A stretch of 29,547 bases of DNA, taken from the IMG/VR virus record IMGVR_UViG_3300032277_000056, positions 1 through 29,547 of that record. One strand, 5' to 3'. This DNA comes from a virus (taxonomy: Duplodnaviria; Caudoviricetes). A program made the position numbers and the translations under genes. The notes beneath the pieces were generated by a model. The model searched no databases, was not told the DNA's origin, and saw nothing but the letters and a program-made list of their open reading frames with translations. Positions within the stretch are counted from its first letter, which is position 1. Each line of letters starts with the position of its first letter. Below are positions 14,565 to 24,393 of the stretch, piece by piece.

Positions 14565-14708
14565 ATGATATTACAGATATATAGTATTTGCATAACAATC
14601 GCATTAGCATGCTTTGCCGTTAAGTGGGTGATGGCTATTGTTGAAGTTAACCAACTACGTAAAGAAAAGCATGACTTACAAATGAAGCTGTGGGATTCTA
14701 AGCCTTAG
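14565..14708 (+). CDS. 47-aa single-TM protein, not in the ORF track
   Basis: MILQIYSICITIALACFAVKWVMAIVEVNQLRKEKHDLQMKLWDSKP; GAGGGG RBS. Confidence 0.6.
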   Translation: MILQIYSICITIALACFAVKWVMAIVEVNQLRKEKHDLQMKLWDSKP

Positions 14709-14901
14709 CCTTTACAGCATTTATAATAACATCAAACACCATGCTAGCTAATGCCACATATGGAATAGCGGGAGGTATGAAGCCCATTATAGTTAATGTA
14801 ATAGCTTTGTAGCCTTCCCATGTTTCGGGCTTTTGTAGCTCTTCTTCGTTAGCTTTTAGAAATTGTTCTAATGCTTGGCATAGTTCTTGGTTATCACTCA
14901 T
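14698..14901 (-). CDS. Small hydrophobic lysis-module protein (holin-like?)
   Basis: Follows the endolysin; hydrophobic C-terminal half. Confidence 0.5.
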   Translation of the reverse strand: MSDNQELCQALEQFLKANEEELQKPETWEGYKAITLTIMGFIPPAIPYVALASMVFDVIINAVKAKA

Positions 14902-14902
14902 A

Positions 14903-15274
14903 TTAATCTCCTTCTATTTCATAATGGGGCATATCTTTAAACGAGTGCCAATCACCACCCCATGTTATGTTAACGCCATATTTAAAGGCTACAGCTTTTA
15001 TAACCCCTGCCAACTCGGCAAATCGTTCTGTATCTTCCCAATCTATCGGATATGGCGCAAGGTCAACTGCTAATGATGGTTTGAAGTTATGTTTTGACGC
15101 ACCAAACACCGCCTTAGTAGAACCTTTTTTATATAATTCATTCTGCCTCTCTTCACCTCTATGCCCCTCTAAAACTGTAAAATCAGTTATTCTTATTGCC
15201 TCATTGCATATAGCTTGAAGTTTATCATGGCAAGTCGCTAGTCTTTCTTTAGATTTATTACTAAATTTAGGCAT
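14903..15274 (-). CDS. Endolysin, peptidase M15 (L-Ala-D-Glu peptidase type)
   Basis: DFTVLEGHR..ERQ..LY...SKHN..PSLAVDLAP...WGGDW.SFKDMPHYE; start at MPKFS. Confidence 0.93.
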   Translation of the reverse strand: MPKFSNKSKERLATCHDKLQAICNEAIRITDFTVLEGHRGEERQNELYKKGSTKAVFGASKHNFKPSLAVDLAPYPIDWEDTERFAELAGVIKAVAFKYGVNITWGGDWHSFKDMPHYEIEGD

Positions 15275-15732
15275 TATAATATCTCCATCAACTCTTTTAT
15301 AAGAGGCTTTAAATCTACATCTGCTGATATTAATGAGGCAACAATAAGACCACCCCATACTATTAATTTCTTTATTACTTTTAAATTCTGTCCTGATATA
15401 AGTTGTAAGTCTTTAATCTCGCTTACGTCCTCCCTAGTGGCTTTTTGGTCTAGTTTAATATTATCAATGTTCTTCTCTAATATTTGTATCTTCCCAGCGT
15501 GGTTGTTTATGTGGTTAGCGTGGTTATGCGACTTCTTGCGCTGCCCTTCCATCTCATGATGTAACTCTCGGCTACTTTCTTTTAGAACTGATACATCGCC
15601 ATGAATATCTAAAACAGTCTGCCTAACTGTGATTATATCATCAACTTTAGCCTCTAAGACAGCTACATGCGTAGTGTTTCTATCTACCTTTTCATTTAAA
15701 CTTTGTATTACTGCGTCTATTTTATCAGGCAT
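15274..15732 (-). CDS. Coiled-coil protein with C-terminal TM helix (holin/hemolysin-like position)
   Basis: Heptad-rich N-terminus, LIVWGGLIVASLI TM segment, directly before the endolysin. Confidence 0.6.
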   Translation of the reverse strand: MPDKIDAVIQSLNEKVDRNTTHVAVLEAKVDDIITVRQTVLDIHGDVSVLKESSRELHHEMEGQRKKSHNHANHINNHAGKIQILEKNIDNIKLDQKATREDVSEIKDLQLISGQNLKVIKKLIVWGGLIVASLISADVDLKPLIKELMEIL

Positions 15733-16366
15733 TTAAAAACACCTCGATTTTATTATTTAAGTCGGTAAGCTCTTTAATCTCGTCCCATGAATGATAAAAA
15801 CTACCTAATTTTACACCGAGTAGAGCCTCATTTTGAACTGTCGCTGTCTGCCCTATGGCTGTTAAACTATCGGCAATAGAGTTATTACTAGCATTACCAG
15901 CGTATGGTATTATCTTATCACGAATACTGTTAATAAGCAAAACCTTACCAGTATAAGTAAAATCTTCAGGTGCGTTATATGTTCCAGATACTGAAACAAC
16001 CTTACTAAAGTTTAATCTATTAACCAACCGCAAAGCCATCATACCACCATTGGAAATACCTATTAAAGCACCATTGCTATAATTTAATCCATATAGCGCC
16101 ATAAGTGCGTTAATAAGGCTCTCTAAGTGGTCTAAATCCTTTTGGGTGTTATCAGCGTCCCACAACCTATTATCATTCACAGCAGCACTTAAACTAAATA
16201 TATAACTATTAGGAAATAATGTGTGTATGTCGGAAGTTAGCCGAAAATCAAACGGATTACCATAACCACCATGCAATAACACTTTCCATGTACCATCTGG
16301 ATTTGTAGGCTCGTCAATTGAGTTATCCCGTGTTTCTACGCCATCATGTGATTGATATATAGGCAT
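15725..16366 (-). CDS. Alpha/beta-hydrolase esterase (PHB depolymerase/LpqC-like)
   Basis: LLHGG oxyanion loop, GISNGG nucleophile elbow, DKIIPY Asp, HSW His. Confidence 0.8.
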   Translation of the reverse strand: MPIYQSHDGVETRDNSIDEPTNPDGTWKVLLHGGYGNPFDFRLTSDIHTLFPNSYIFSLSAAVNDNRLWDADNTQKDLDHLESLINALMALYGLNYSNGALIGISNGGMMALRLVNRLNFSKVVSVSGTYNAPEDFTYTGKVLLINSIRDKIIPYAGNASNNSIADSLTAIGQTATVQNEALLGVKLGSFYHSWDEIKELTDLNNKIEVFLNA

Positions 16367-17283
16367 TATGCAAGCGTCACTCCCCATTTATTAGCTAAGT
16401 ATTGATTTATTGTCGTTATTTCACCTGTTGATAAATTCCTATCGTATATTATAATCTCTGCAATACTTCCGTTTAATGGAAATGCCCCACTTCCTGCCGT
16501 TCCTATAAAGAAATCATCAATTGTTGCAGAACTAGTGGCGCTTGTGTTTGTAACCTCTGTACCGCCATCAACTGATATACCTTGCGTTGTTCCATCTCTT
16601 CGCATAGCTGCTATATTCAAATCGGTATTTGTAGCACCCGCAAAAGTAACCGAACCACCACCACCCGACTTATTAGTAAATAACTGCGAACCTGCAACAT
16701 TACTATAAGTCTGAAAGTATTCATTTGTCACACCAGAGGCTGCACCAATAGTTGAATCTAATGAGCCGTCCTCACTAGCTCTCTTTGAAACTACAAATAA
16801 AGTATTATCCCCATTAGGTATAGTGTATAAAGCACTTGGTAAAAATAACCTATCAGTAGTGAAATCTATTATATTTAAACCGTTTTCAGTGGAGTCGCCT
16901 GTACGTGGCGTTCCGAAGTCTGTAGTAGCATCGTAACCGTTGCCTGATTTATCAGCCCATAAAGTTACGTTTTGCGTTGTGGCTGTGATTGTGGAAGTAT
17001 CAGAAGCATCTAACCTAAGCTCTTGATTTGGTAAAGCATGGCCAACTGTATAAACACTATTCCAATTATACACACCTAGTGAATCTGCGTACTCTTGCTT
17101 TAGTCCGTCTAAATCTGGATTAGTTGAGTTTAATGCACTTTGCAGCCATAGTATTAACCTACCGTTAAACTCGCCTGTAGCTATGCTGTAAAAATCAAAT
17201 AAAGAATGCCAGTCCCCATTATAATCATAGGTTGTACCTGTAACAGTTCTTATACTTGCTTGTAAATCACCTTGATTTGTCAT
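16366..17283 (-). CDS. LamG/concanavalin-like virion or tail protein
   Basis: LDASD.STIT...WADKSGNG...GSIAEIIIYDRNLS..EI..INQYLANKWG. Confidence 0.82.
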   Translation of the reverse strand: MTNQGDLQASIRTVTGTTYDYNGDWHSLFDFYSIATGEFNGRLILWLQSALNSTNPDLDGLKQEYADSLGVYNWNSVYTVGHALPNQELRLDASDTSTITATTQNVTLWADKSGNGYDATTDFGTPRTGDSTENGLNIIDFTTDRLFLPSALYTIPNGDNTLFVVSKRASEDGSLDSTIGAASGVTNEYFQTYSNVAGSQLFTNKSGGGGSVTFAGATNTDLNIAAMRRDGTTQGISVDGGTEVTNTSATSSATIDDFFIGTAGSGAFPLNGSIAEIIIYDRNLSTGEITTINQYLANKWGVTLA

Positions 17284-17335
17284 AGTTATCCTACACACTA
17301 TTAATGTTTAAATTTCTACCTATTCTTTTAACCAT

Positions 17336-18523
17336 TTAATTCTCCTTAAATAAGACATCTTGCAAACTTGTTACACTAACACTCGCATTTGTTGACCTTA
17401 CCAGATATTTAATATCCGTTTTCTCAGCAACAGGGAATTTTAAAGTCTGAGGCAAATGAAAGCCACTTTGATATATTAAAAAGCTACCACCTGAAACTGT
17501 AGCCCTATCCGCACCGAACGGTATTAACTGCACTTTAATTTCAACATCATCATTCTTAGGCGCAAATAAACTAAACCCACCCGCTAAAGCCGTTATTCCC
17601 GCTGGTATCGAAAGAAACGAAGAAAAACTCCTGCTATTACCTACATTCATTAATAAACGTGTTGCACCACCACCAGCCACCCTCAGTGTTATAATTCCTA
17701 GATTAGTCTTATTTGAACCCGCTGTTATTGCTATAATATTATTAGTTCTAAAGGCTGTTCCGGTTAAAGCTACTGGCGTTGTGCCGTTCATTGTTACAAC
17801 TTGGGATTGTTGCACATAACTATCGTCAAGGTAATTAACAGCAACAGTTCTAACTCCCGTTCCTAACGCTGTATCATTGGCATTACTACTTACTAATTCC
17901 CAAGATTCCGCTGCCGTTGGGAAGTCAGTTATACCGCCTTGGTCAGATAAATCCTCAAATGTTGTACCTACTGACGAGTTAGTAGCTTGAACGTTTATCG
18001 TAGAGTAACCAGGTACATTGCCTAATGCTACTTGTGTGAAAAAATCTGAGCTTAATAACTGCCCATCATTTATTATAACATTCTCATAACTTCCCGCATT
18101 ATTTTTACCCGCTATTACAGATTTAACTAATGCAGCAGGCGTTGAATCAGTTGGTGCAATTGCTAACGGTGTGACTGTATGTTTATCAGAACTACCGAAA
18201 GTAGTTTTAACCTCTAAGTTAACATCTGTAACCTCACTGCCTGTATTATTAGTAAGTATTAATCTTACGTATCTTTGACGTACAGGGTAATTAGCATTAA
18301 AAAATGTACTTGCGGTATATGTGAAACTTGTACTTACAACAGAATCTTCAATATTTGACTTTGTTTGAGTTTCTAATGTTAATCCACTTGCTGAGGCTAT
18401 CCAAGATAGTTGGTATTTGTCAGCAGTAGCCATATCTACAAAGCTAGTGTCTATAGCAGCACCATCCGCCAATGTTGCCGTTTGACTAAAATTAAATCCT
18501 GCTAAACTTGGTTTATCACTCAT
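17336..18523 (-). CDS. Putative virion/tail-associated beta-rich protein
   Basis: T/S/G-rich; SSNANDT..GTG.RTV...YLD...MNGTTPVA motif common in marine phage structural genes. Confidence 0.65.
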   Translation of the reverse strand: MSDKPSLAGFNFSQTATLADGAAIDTSFVDMATADKYQLSWIASASGLTLETQTKSNIEDSVVSTSFTYTASTFFNANYPVRQRYVRLILTNNTGSEVTDVNLEVKTTFGSSDKHTVTPLAIAPTDSTPAALVKSVIAGKNNAGSYENVIINDGQLLSSDFFTQVALGNVPGYSTINVQATNSSVGTTFEDLSDQGGITDFPTAAESWELVSSNANDTALGTGVRTVAVNYLDDSYVQQSQVVTMNGTTPVALTGTAFRTNNIIAITAGSNKTNLGIITLRVAGGGATRLLMNVGNSRSFSSFLSIPAGITALAGGFSLFAPKNDDVEIKVQLIPFGADRATVSGGSFLIYQSGFHLPQTLKFPVAEKTDIKYLVRSTNASVSVTSLQDVLFKEN

Positions 18524-19680
18524 TAAGCCCTCAAATACCAGTAAACACCGATTGATTTTTGTAATACGCTAGTTGGATTACCACTGAAAGAACCTCCAGA
18601 GTGATTATGTGCGCTTCCAGAGCCTACACTACTAAATGTATAACTATCAAAAACAATACCTGTGGCCCCCGGTGTTGCGGTGTTCGTAGTTCCTATATAT
18701 CTAGGGTCTGAACCGTTTGGAGGTATGCTACCTGAATCCCATGATACTGCACCACCTACTATATCCGCTGTAAATGAAGTCGGCAAGTTAGCCTCTGTAA
18801 GTGATGTTCCTCCAGTAGTTCCAACCGACCCACTACTAGCAACCGTAGTAGCTCCTGCCACATCACCAACCGTTGTTATTGAACCGCTACTAGATACACC
18901 TAATGCAACCCTATCTTGAAAGTCTGGCGTTGTAATAGCTTTATCTGCGTCCCAGTCAGCCTGTGCTGAAGCTCCACGCCCTCCTGCTACGGCGGCTTGA
19001 CCGTCTGCGTAATTATCCCATAAGTATTTATAATGGAACTCGTATTGTGTGCCTGTTATATCACCATTGGTTGTTTTAGATAATGATTGGCTATCCAATG
19101 GAACTTCATTTGCAAATGCTGTAGAGTGTGCCCCTGATACAATTACAGGCTTTTCAGTGGGGTTTATTACTTGAAAGTTTGTACCGTCATATATGATTGT
19201 ATAAAGCCTTCCTGCTACAAGCTCGTTAGCCTGCATAGCAACCGCACCCGATTTTACCAAAGAAGCCGCACCAACCGCATTAAAGTTAATTGTTGATGCT
19301 CCTGTGTTTGTAGCATTTATGTTAATTAAAAACCTTTGGCCTGCTGTATAAGCTGTAATAGCTGGCGTTATAGATGCAACATAAGTGTCAGCACTTCCTG
19401 TTGTTACTACGTAAATGCCACCACCATCTTGGAATTGCCCCATTGCTAAATAATTATCCCTAGCTGTGGCATTACCAACACCTGTATGCTTTTGCGAGTT
19501 CATCGGTAAGTCACCCGTTGGTGAGTTCTGCCCGTCCTTCGTTAAACAATTATTAATACCGTTTGTAAAGTCAGTATCGTTAGTATCATGCCTATCTGCA
19601 CGAATCTTAATACCATTTGCTGCATCTACTACCCAACTATATGTTTTGGTAAATACACCACTTCCCGACCATCCTGCCAT
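18523..19680 (-). CDS. Tail fibre protein with tail-collar-like domain
   Basis: N-terminal SWVVDAANGIKIRADRHD anchor; NTGASTIN...YDGTNFQ; PDFQDRVALG collar-like segment. Confidence 0.8.
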   Translation of the reverse strand: MAGWSGSGVFTKTYSWVVDAANGIKIRADRHDTNDTDFTNGINNCLTKDGQNSPTGDLPMNSQKHTGVGNATARDNYLAMGQFQDGGGIYVVTTGSADTYVASITPAITAYTAGQRFLININATNTGASTINFNAVGAASLVKSGAVAMQANELVAGRLYTIIYDGTNFQVINPTEKPVIVSGAHSTAFANEVPLDSQSLSKTTNGDITGTQYEFHYKYLWDNYADGQAAVAGGRGASAQADWDADKAITTPDFQDRVALGVSSSGSITTVGDVAGATTVASSGSVGTTGGTSLTEANLPTSFTADIVGGAVSWDSGSIPPNGSDPRYIGTTNTATPGATGIVFDSYTFSSVGSGSAHNHSGGSFSGNPTSVLQKSIGVYWYLRA

Positions 19681-19769
19681 TATTCAACACTCCATGTTGC
19701 TTTTTTTTCTTGTTTAGGCTCTATTAATGCCATTATTGTTATAAATATTAATATGTTTAATAATATCAT
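19680..19769 (-). CDS. 29-aa hydrophobic micropeptide
   Basis: MILLNILIFITIMALIEPKQEKKATWSVE; ATGA overlap upstream, TAATG overlap downstream, GGAGG RBS. Confidence 0.6.
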   Translation of the reverse strand: MILLNILIFITIMALIEPKQEKKATWSVE

Positions 19770-21748
19770 TCATCCCCTCCCATAGCTTGCCCCATATATG
19801 AACCAACTATCCCTATGTATTGTGAAATGTCATCCTTTATCGCTGGATTATTTATTGCAGTTTCTTCCATACGCTTTAAGAAAGTTCTAAATGTTCCCCT
19901 ATTAATTGGCTGGTCTGATGCCTTAGCTAAAGTCTTAACAAAATCTTCATTCGTTAAAAGCCTAGCACTTAAATTAGCACCAACACCTGTAGTCACCGCC
20001 GTAGCAGGGTCAGCCGCTCCTAAAGCTATTAATCCAATATTACCTAAATTATCGGCAGTACGACTAGTATTAACAAACTCTTGCGAATCTCTTAATGTCT
20101 TACTTACATCAACTAAAGTGTCTAATGATTTACGATATTGCGCACCCTGCTTACCAAAGAGAACTGAACGCCCTTCTGGTGTTAGCCTATTGTAATCTGA
20201 CACAAACCTTGAGACACTAAAATCGCCTGTTGGACTTCTTCCTAGTTGCTGTACAACCGCATCCCTTACAAGCTCCCTATCGCCTTTAGGTATAGCATTC
20301 AATATCTTACTAGCTTTTACATCACCAACTTTAGAAGATGTTTTTAACTGGTTAAAGATTTGCCCTGCGTCTGCTTTTTCTGATATGTACTTTTTAAGGT
20401 TGGATTCTATTTTTGTAATACCCTCTGAGTAAAAGTTATTAGCATTGTCAAACGCTTTCAGTGCATTAGCACCCTTTGACTCCGCAACCCCCCGCATATC
20501 TTCACTTAATGAAGCGTATAACTGCTTAGCAAGTGCATTATCTTTTCCTGTAAATGTGTTTTCCTTTATTTGCTTACCAACCTCTGTCCTATAAGCACTT
20601 AACGCATTATAAGGCAATACACCTTCAACCGCATCTTGATTGATATCTGATAACAATTTAAAAGCTGGACTACTTTGCATTCTTCCTTGTAGCTGCGCTT
20701 GCTCTGGGAATTTCTGTAACTCTCTTTTAAATAAGTCCGTTGCATTACTCACACTTGCAGCATCATCAGGCTTTATAAACCTATCTAACCTTTTATATAG
20801 CTTATCGGAGGTATTCTGAAACTTATTTACAAAGCCCCTTACTCCTGCTTGTATTCTTTCCCCTGCTTGCTGACCTGTTATTTCACCTTGCTGCCTTGCT
20901 AACTTTGTAACGCCTCTTTCTATCCCTTGTAATGTATTATCTACATTATTAGTAATTACTGAGGTAGAGCCTAAAGTTCCATTTAATATACTTCCCAAAC
21001 GCTTTATAGTTGGGCTATCAGTCACTGCCAACAATGAGGGCTTTACGCCTGATTCCGTAAAGTTCTTTACAACAACTGGGTTAACTTTAAATAACGACTC
21101 TGCAATTGTTTTGACTGGTTGTGATACACCATCAGCAAATTGCGTTACTTTCTTTGCAATAAATGGTGTAGCTTTTTCAAACACTTTTGCACCAACAGGA
21201 GCTAGTACAGCACCAGTTACAGCATCTTTTAATATACCCTCTGTTGTTTCTGCCTCACTTAATCCGCCAGCCTCAACCGCGCCTGTTGCAGCCAATGCTG
21301 TCGGAGTAGCTGCTCTTCCTATATTCGCACCCCTAGCCAAAGCTTGCGCTCCTTTAAAAACACCACCGCCAACAGGTAAACTCGCTGCCACCTCTGTAAC
21401 GCCAGCCGTTATTGGCATTTCCTCTTTTAACTGTCCTCTTCGTGCTGCTAAATCTTTTGCGCCCTCTTCGGTCAACTCAGATAATGTCTTATCATCAACT
21501 CCCATCGCCTTAGCAAAGAGCGCGCCACCCAAAGCAATAGCTGGGTCTGCAAATCCTAAAGTAGCACCCCTTGTTGCGACCTCTGTTAATGCCTGCCCAG
21601 TTTCTAATGGTGCTTGTGCTGCTTCCAAAGGCTCTTTTGGGGTAAATTGGCTGCTTGCAAACTCTTGCACCTGCTCAGGTGTAGTGCCTTCCGGTACTTC
21701 AAAACGCCCTATCCTTCCATCTGGTAGTTGTACTTTTGCTATTGGCAT
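19766..21748 (-). CDS. Internal virion / DNA ejection protein (large)
   Basis: MPIAKVQLPDGR..RFEVPEGTTPEQ start; A/G-rich helical; position after the nozzle. Confidence 0.75.
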   Translation of the reverse strand: MPIAKVQLPDGRIGRFEVPEGTTPEQVQEFASSQFTPKEPLEAAQAPLETGQALTEVATRGATLGFADPAIALGGALFAKAMGVDDKTLSELTEEGAKDLAARRGQLKEEMPITAGVTEVAASLPVGGGVFKGAQALARGANIGRAATPTALAATGAVEAGGLSEAETTEGILKDAVTGAVLAPVGAKVFEKATPFIAKKVTQFADGVSQPVKTIAESLFKVNPVVVKNFTESGVKPSLLAVTDSPTIKRLGSILNGTLGSTSVITNNVDNTLQGIERGVTKLARQQGEITGQQAGERIQAGVRGFVNKFQNTSDKLYKRLDRFIKPDDAASVSNATDLFKRELQKFPEQAQLQGRMQSSPAFKLLSDINQDAVEGVLPYNALSAYRTEVGKQIKENTFTGKDNALAKQLYASLSEDMRGVAESKGANALKAFDNANNFYSEGITKIESNLKKYISEKADAGQIFNQLKTSSKVGDVKASKILNAIPKGDRELVRDAVVQQLGRSPTGDFSVSRFVSDYNRLTPEGRSVLFGKQGAQYRKSLDTLVDVSKTLRDSQEFVNTSRTADNLGNIGLIALGAADPATAVTTGVGANLSARLLTNEDFVKTLAKASDQPINRGTFRTFLKRMEETAINNPAIKDDISQYIGIVGSYMGQAMGGDE

Positions 21749-22836
21749 TACTCAAAACCTAAAAATTTTATTTCACCTGTTGGCTTTTCTGCTCCCACTG
21801 GTTTATTAGTTTTTCTTTGTCTCTCTAAGCCTTTTTGTATTATTGTTTTATACTCAAGTGCAGCCGCTTTAAATTCATCTTCTGTTTGCGATAAACTCAT
21901 CCTAGTTTGTGCAGCTTCAGCTTTATTACTTTCTGTATCTGATATTGAACCACCGCCTTTTAATTGCTGCCTAGCCTCTAAGAAAGCCCCACCTTTTAAC
22001 TGTTTTAATCTTTCTGAAAATGATGCGGCATCCGTACCCGCAGTAAAACCACCACCAGGCTTATCAATATTTCCTGCATCTGAAAACGGCAGTTTTTGCA
22101 AACCAAAACCAACCGCTGCACTGAGACCTGGATGTTCTAATAAATCATCAACTAGCTGTATTGTATTTTCTGCTTGTGCTTCCGCAGCAACTAACGCCTC
22201 TTCCTTCTTAATTTTGGCGTCTTCTGCTTTTTTTGTCTTTTCGTCTATTATACCTTGAGCCTTTTGCTCTTCTAATTGTAACTTTCTCTGGTCAATATCA
22301 GCTTTTCTTGCACGCTCTCTTGCGTTTATTTCATCTAATACAGCCTGCCTTTCTTGGTTTATAGCCCTCTCTTCTCTTTTTTCCGCACGACCTATTTCTG
22401 CCTGATCCGCTTTAAACGCTTGTTGCCTATCTAGTAAACCACTCTCAAACGCTCGCTCTTCTTCTTTCGTTATTCTTTTTTGCTCCGCTTCCGCTTTTGC
22501 TAAAGCTTGCTCTGTCTTTCCACGCTCTGCCCCCACTTCTTGTAATGTCTTAGCACCAAAGAAGGCTGCTATTCCCCTTGCTAGTGGATGTGCGTTTCTA
22601 TCATTTGCTTGTTGCAATAAGCTTTTTGCTAATGCTTCCCTTGTAGCTAACTCTGGCAATGGTACAGCACCCGACACTTTCTTAGGCTGTGTTTTTAAAG
22701 CTTGTATTAAACCTCTATTCTCATCTTCAACAATATCAGGTTGTGCTATTGCTTGTTGAGGTTGATTTAATGCTTGTTGTTGCTGCCCTTGTTGTTTAGC
22801 TAAAAACTCACTAAGGAAGTTTCTTTCTCTAGTCAT
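21748..22836 (-). CDS. Internal virion / DNA ejection protein (P22 gp20-like position)
   Basis: Q/E/A-rich coil; C-terminal FLEARQQLKGGGSISDTE..KAE.A motif. Confidence 0.75.
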   Translation of the reverse strand: MTRERNFLSEFLAKQQGQQQQALNQPQQAIAQPDIVEDENRGLIQALKTQPKKVSGAVPLPELATREALAKSLLQQANDRNAHPLARGIAAFFGAKTLQEVGAERGKTEQALAKAEAEQKRITKEEERAFESGLLDRQQAFKADQAEIGRAEKREERAINQERQAVLDEINARERARKADIDQRKLQLEEQKAQGIIDEKTKKAEDAKIKKEEALVAAEAQAENTIQLVDDLLEHPGLSAAVGFGLQKLPFSDAGNIDKPGGGFTAGTDAASFSERLKQLKGGAFLEARQQLKGGGSISDTESNKAEAAQTRMSLSQTEDEFKAAALEYKTIIQKGLERQRKTNKPVGAEKPTGEIKFLGFE

Positions 22837-23935
22837 TAACAACCTCCATCTCTAAACCTAACTTGTTATAATAAACACCATAATAACCATTACCCATAAC
22901 AGTTACTGCCTCTGGAGTTATTTCCATTACATCTTGAGCCATTACACCTCTATATCGTGTGTCATCGCCTTTATAGTTAAAGTCATATAACTTATAGCCG
23001 TTTTTATTACCAACCTGTTTGATGTTTTCTTTTAATCTATAATCTGAGCCTGCCGCTGCAGCTTGGCCAGCTGAACTTACTATATCTCCTATAAACTGAA
23101 GATTAGCCTGCCGCTGCCCCTCTTGGAAATTAGCAGTGCCTAATTGATTAGCAAATCCTTGATTAATTATACTAGCCACATCAACTGTTGGTGCATTGAA
23201 TGGCTGGAAAGGAGCGGCAAAGCCACCCAATGCCCCTATTTCCCCGAACTGCTGCGCACGTTGTTGCTGTTCAAGATTTGATAATGCTAGTTGTTCGTTC
23301 ACTTCCTGACCACGTAACGCTGCTGTTAAACTAGCTAATCTATTTTGTTCTACTCTACCAGCTTCAATCGCTCCAAATGCTAAATCTTGCTGCCTATCTC
23401 CAACACTCTGGTCAAATCTAGTTAATTCTTTTTGTGCCGCTTCACTTGATAATGGGATGCCTCTATCTGCTAAAGTTTGGATTAAATCTCTTCTTTCTTG
23501 CTCTATAATAGGGTCTAGCCTTCTTTGCCCCGCCTCAAAAGTTTCTTTCTCTATTCTTAACGCATCATCCGCAAAATCACCCAATAAAGGTGTTTGCAAT
23601 CCTGACTCAATATCACTTGCTGTTCTAAATTCACCTAAATCTTGCCCTGTTAACTGCCCTAATAAATCAAGAGCTATACCCTCTGAGCCTTCCCTAAATG
23701 CCTTCTGGAAGTCTGATTCAGTTATCTTTACACCCTCTGCACCTTCACGTGGTATAAACTCACCACCTTCGCCAATAGTTCCAAACTCTAAAGTGCCTTG
23801 TGGTGTTATTTGAAATAACTGTGTTGCTTGTTTTTGCTGTTCAATTGTTGAACCAACATTAGGCGCTTGTGGTGCATCCGTACCACCGAAAAGGTCATCT
23901 ACTATACCACTTACAGGGCTGAAAACATCACCCAT
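22829..23935 (-). CDS. Putative ejection protein with C-terminal peptidase S74 chaperone domain
   Basis: SDYRLKENIK...YDFNYK...GVMAQDV...PEAV...YYGVYY. Confidence 0.8.
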   Translation of the reverse strand: MGDVFSPVSGIVDDLFGGTDAPQAPNVGSTIEQQKQATQLFQITPQGTLEFGTIGEGGEFIPREGAEGVKITESDFQKAFREGSEGIALDLLGQLTGQDLGEFRTASDIESGLQTPLLGDFADDALRIEKETFEAGQRRLDPIIEQERRDLIQTLADRGIPLSSEAAQKELTRFDQSVGDRQQDLAFGAIEAGRVEQNRLASLTAALRGQEVNEQLALSNLEQQQRAQQFGEIGALGGFAAPFQPFNAPTVDVASIINQGFANQLGTANFQEGQRQANLQFIGDIVSSAGQAAAAGSDYRLKENIKQVGNKNGYKLYDFNYKGDDTRYRGVMAQDVMEITPEAVTVMGNGYYGVYYNKLGLEMEVVND

Positions 23936-24393
23936 CTACTAACCTCCCAATCTTCCCTTAATATGGAAAATTGCATTATATTTTCAATTCCTGCTGGCTT
24001 TCTTAGAATTCCTTCAAGGGTAAAACCAGCTACTTTTAGCAGTCTTACCGCTTGGCGATTGCTCGAATGAGTCACTGCGGTGAGCCTATTATAACACGAA
24101 TCTTTGAAAAATAAAGATAAAATTAGCCTTATAGTTCTAAGTGGCTTCCAATCCGCCTCAAAAGAAGCTATAGACACGCTTGCTTCTAGTTCTTTAATAT
24201 TATGCTGCTTATGCTCTAAGTAAGAATTAAAGGCCCACGCAACAACCGGCTTATTATTATCTATGACGCCATAACAGCGCAACTTCGTATAATCAATAGT
24301 ACCTGGCAAAGCTTTATTAAGAAGCTCTCCCCAATACTGATTCGTATCTATATCATTCTCTGTACTTCTAATGATAGATTTGTTCCTAACCAT
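23911..24393 (-). CDS. GNAT-fold (RimJ/RimL-like) protein in the tail module
   Basis: RLTAVTHSSNRQAVRLLKVAGFTLEGILRK...FSILRED. Confidence 0.8.
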   Translation of the reverse strand: MVRNKSIIRSTENDIDTNQYWGELLNKALPGTIDYTKLRCYGVIDNNKPVVAWAFNSYLEHKQHNIKELEASVSIASFEADWKPLRTIRLILSLFFKDSCYNRLTAVTHSSNRQAVRLLKVAGFTLEGILRKPAGIENIMQFSILREDWEVSRWVMFSAL

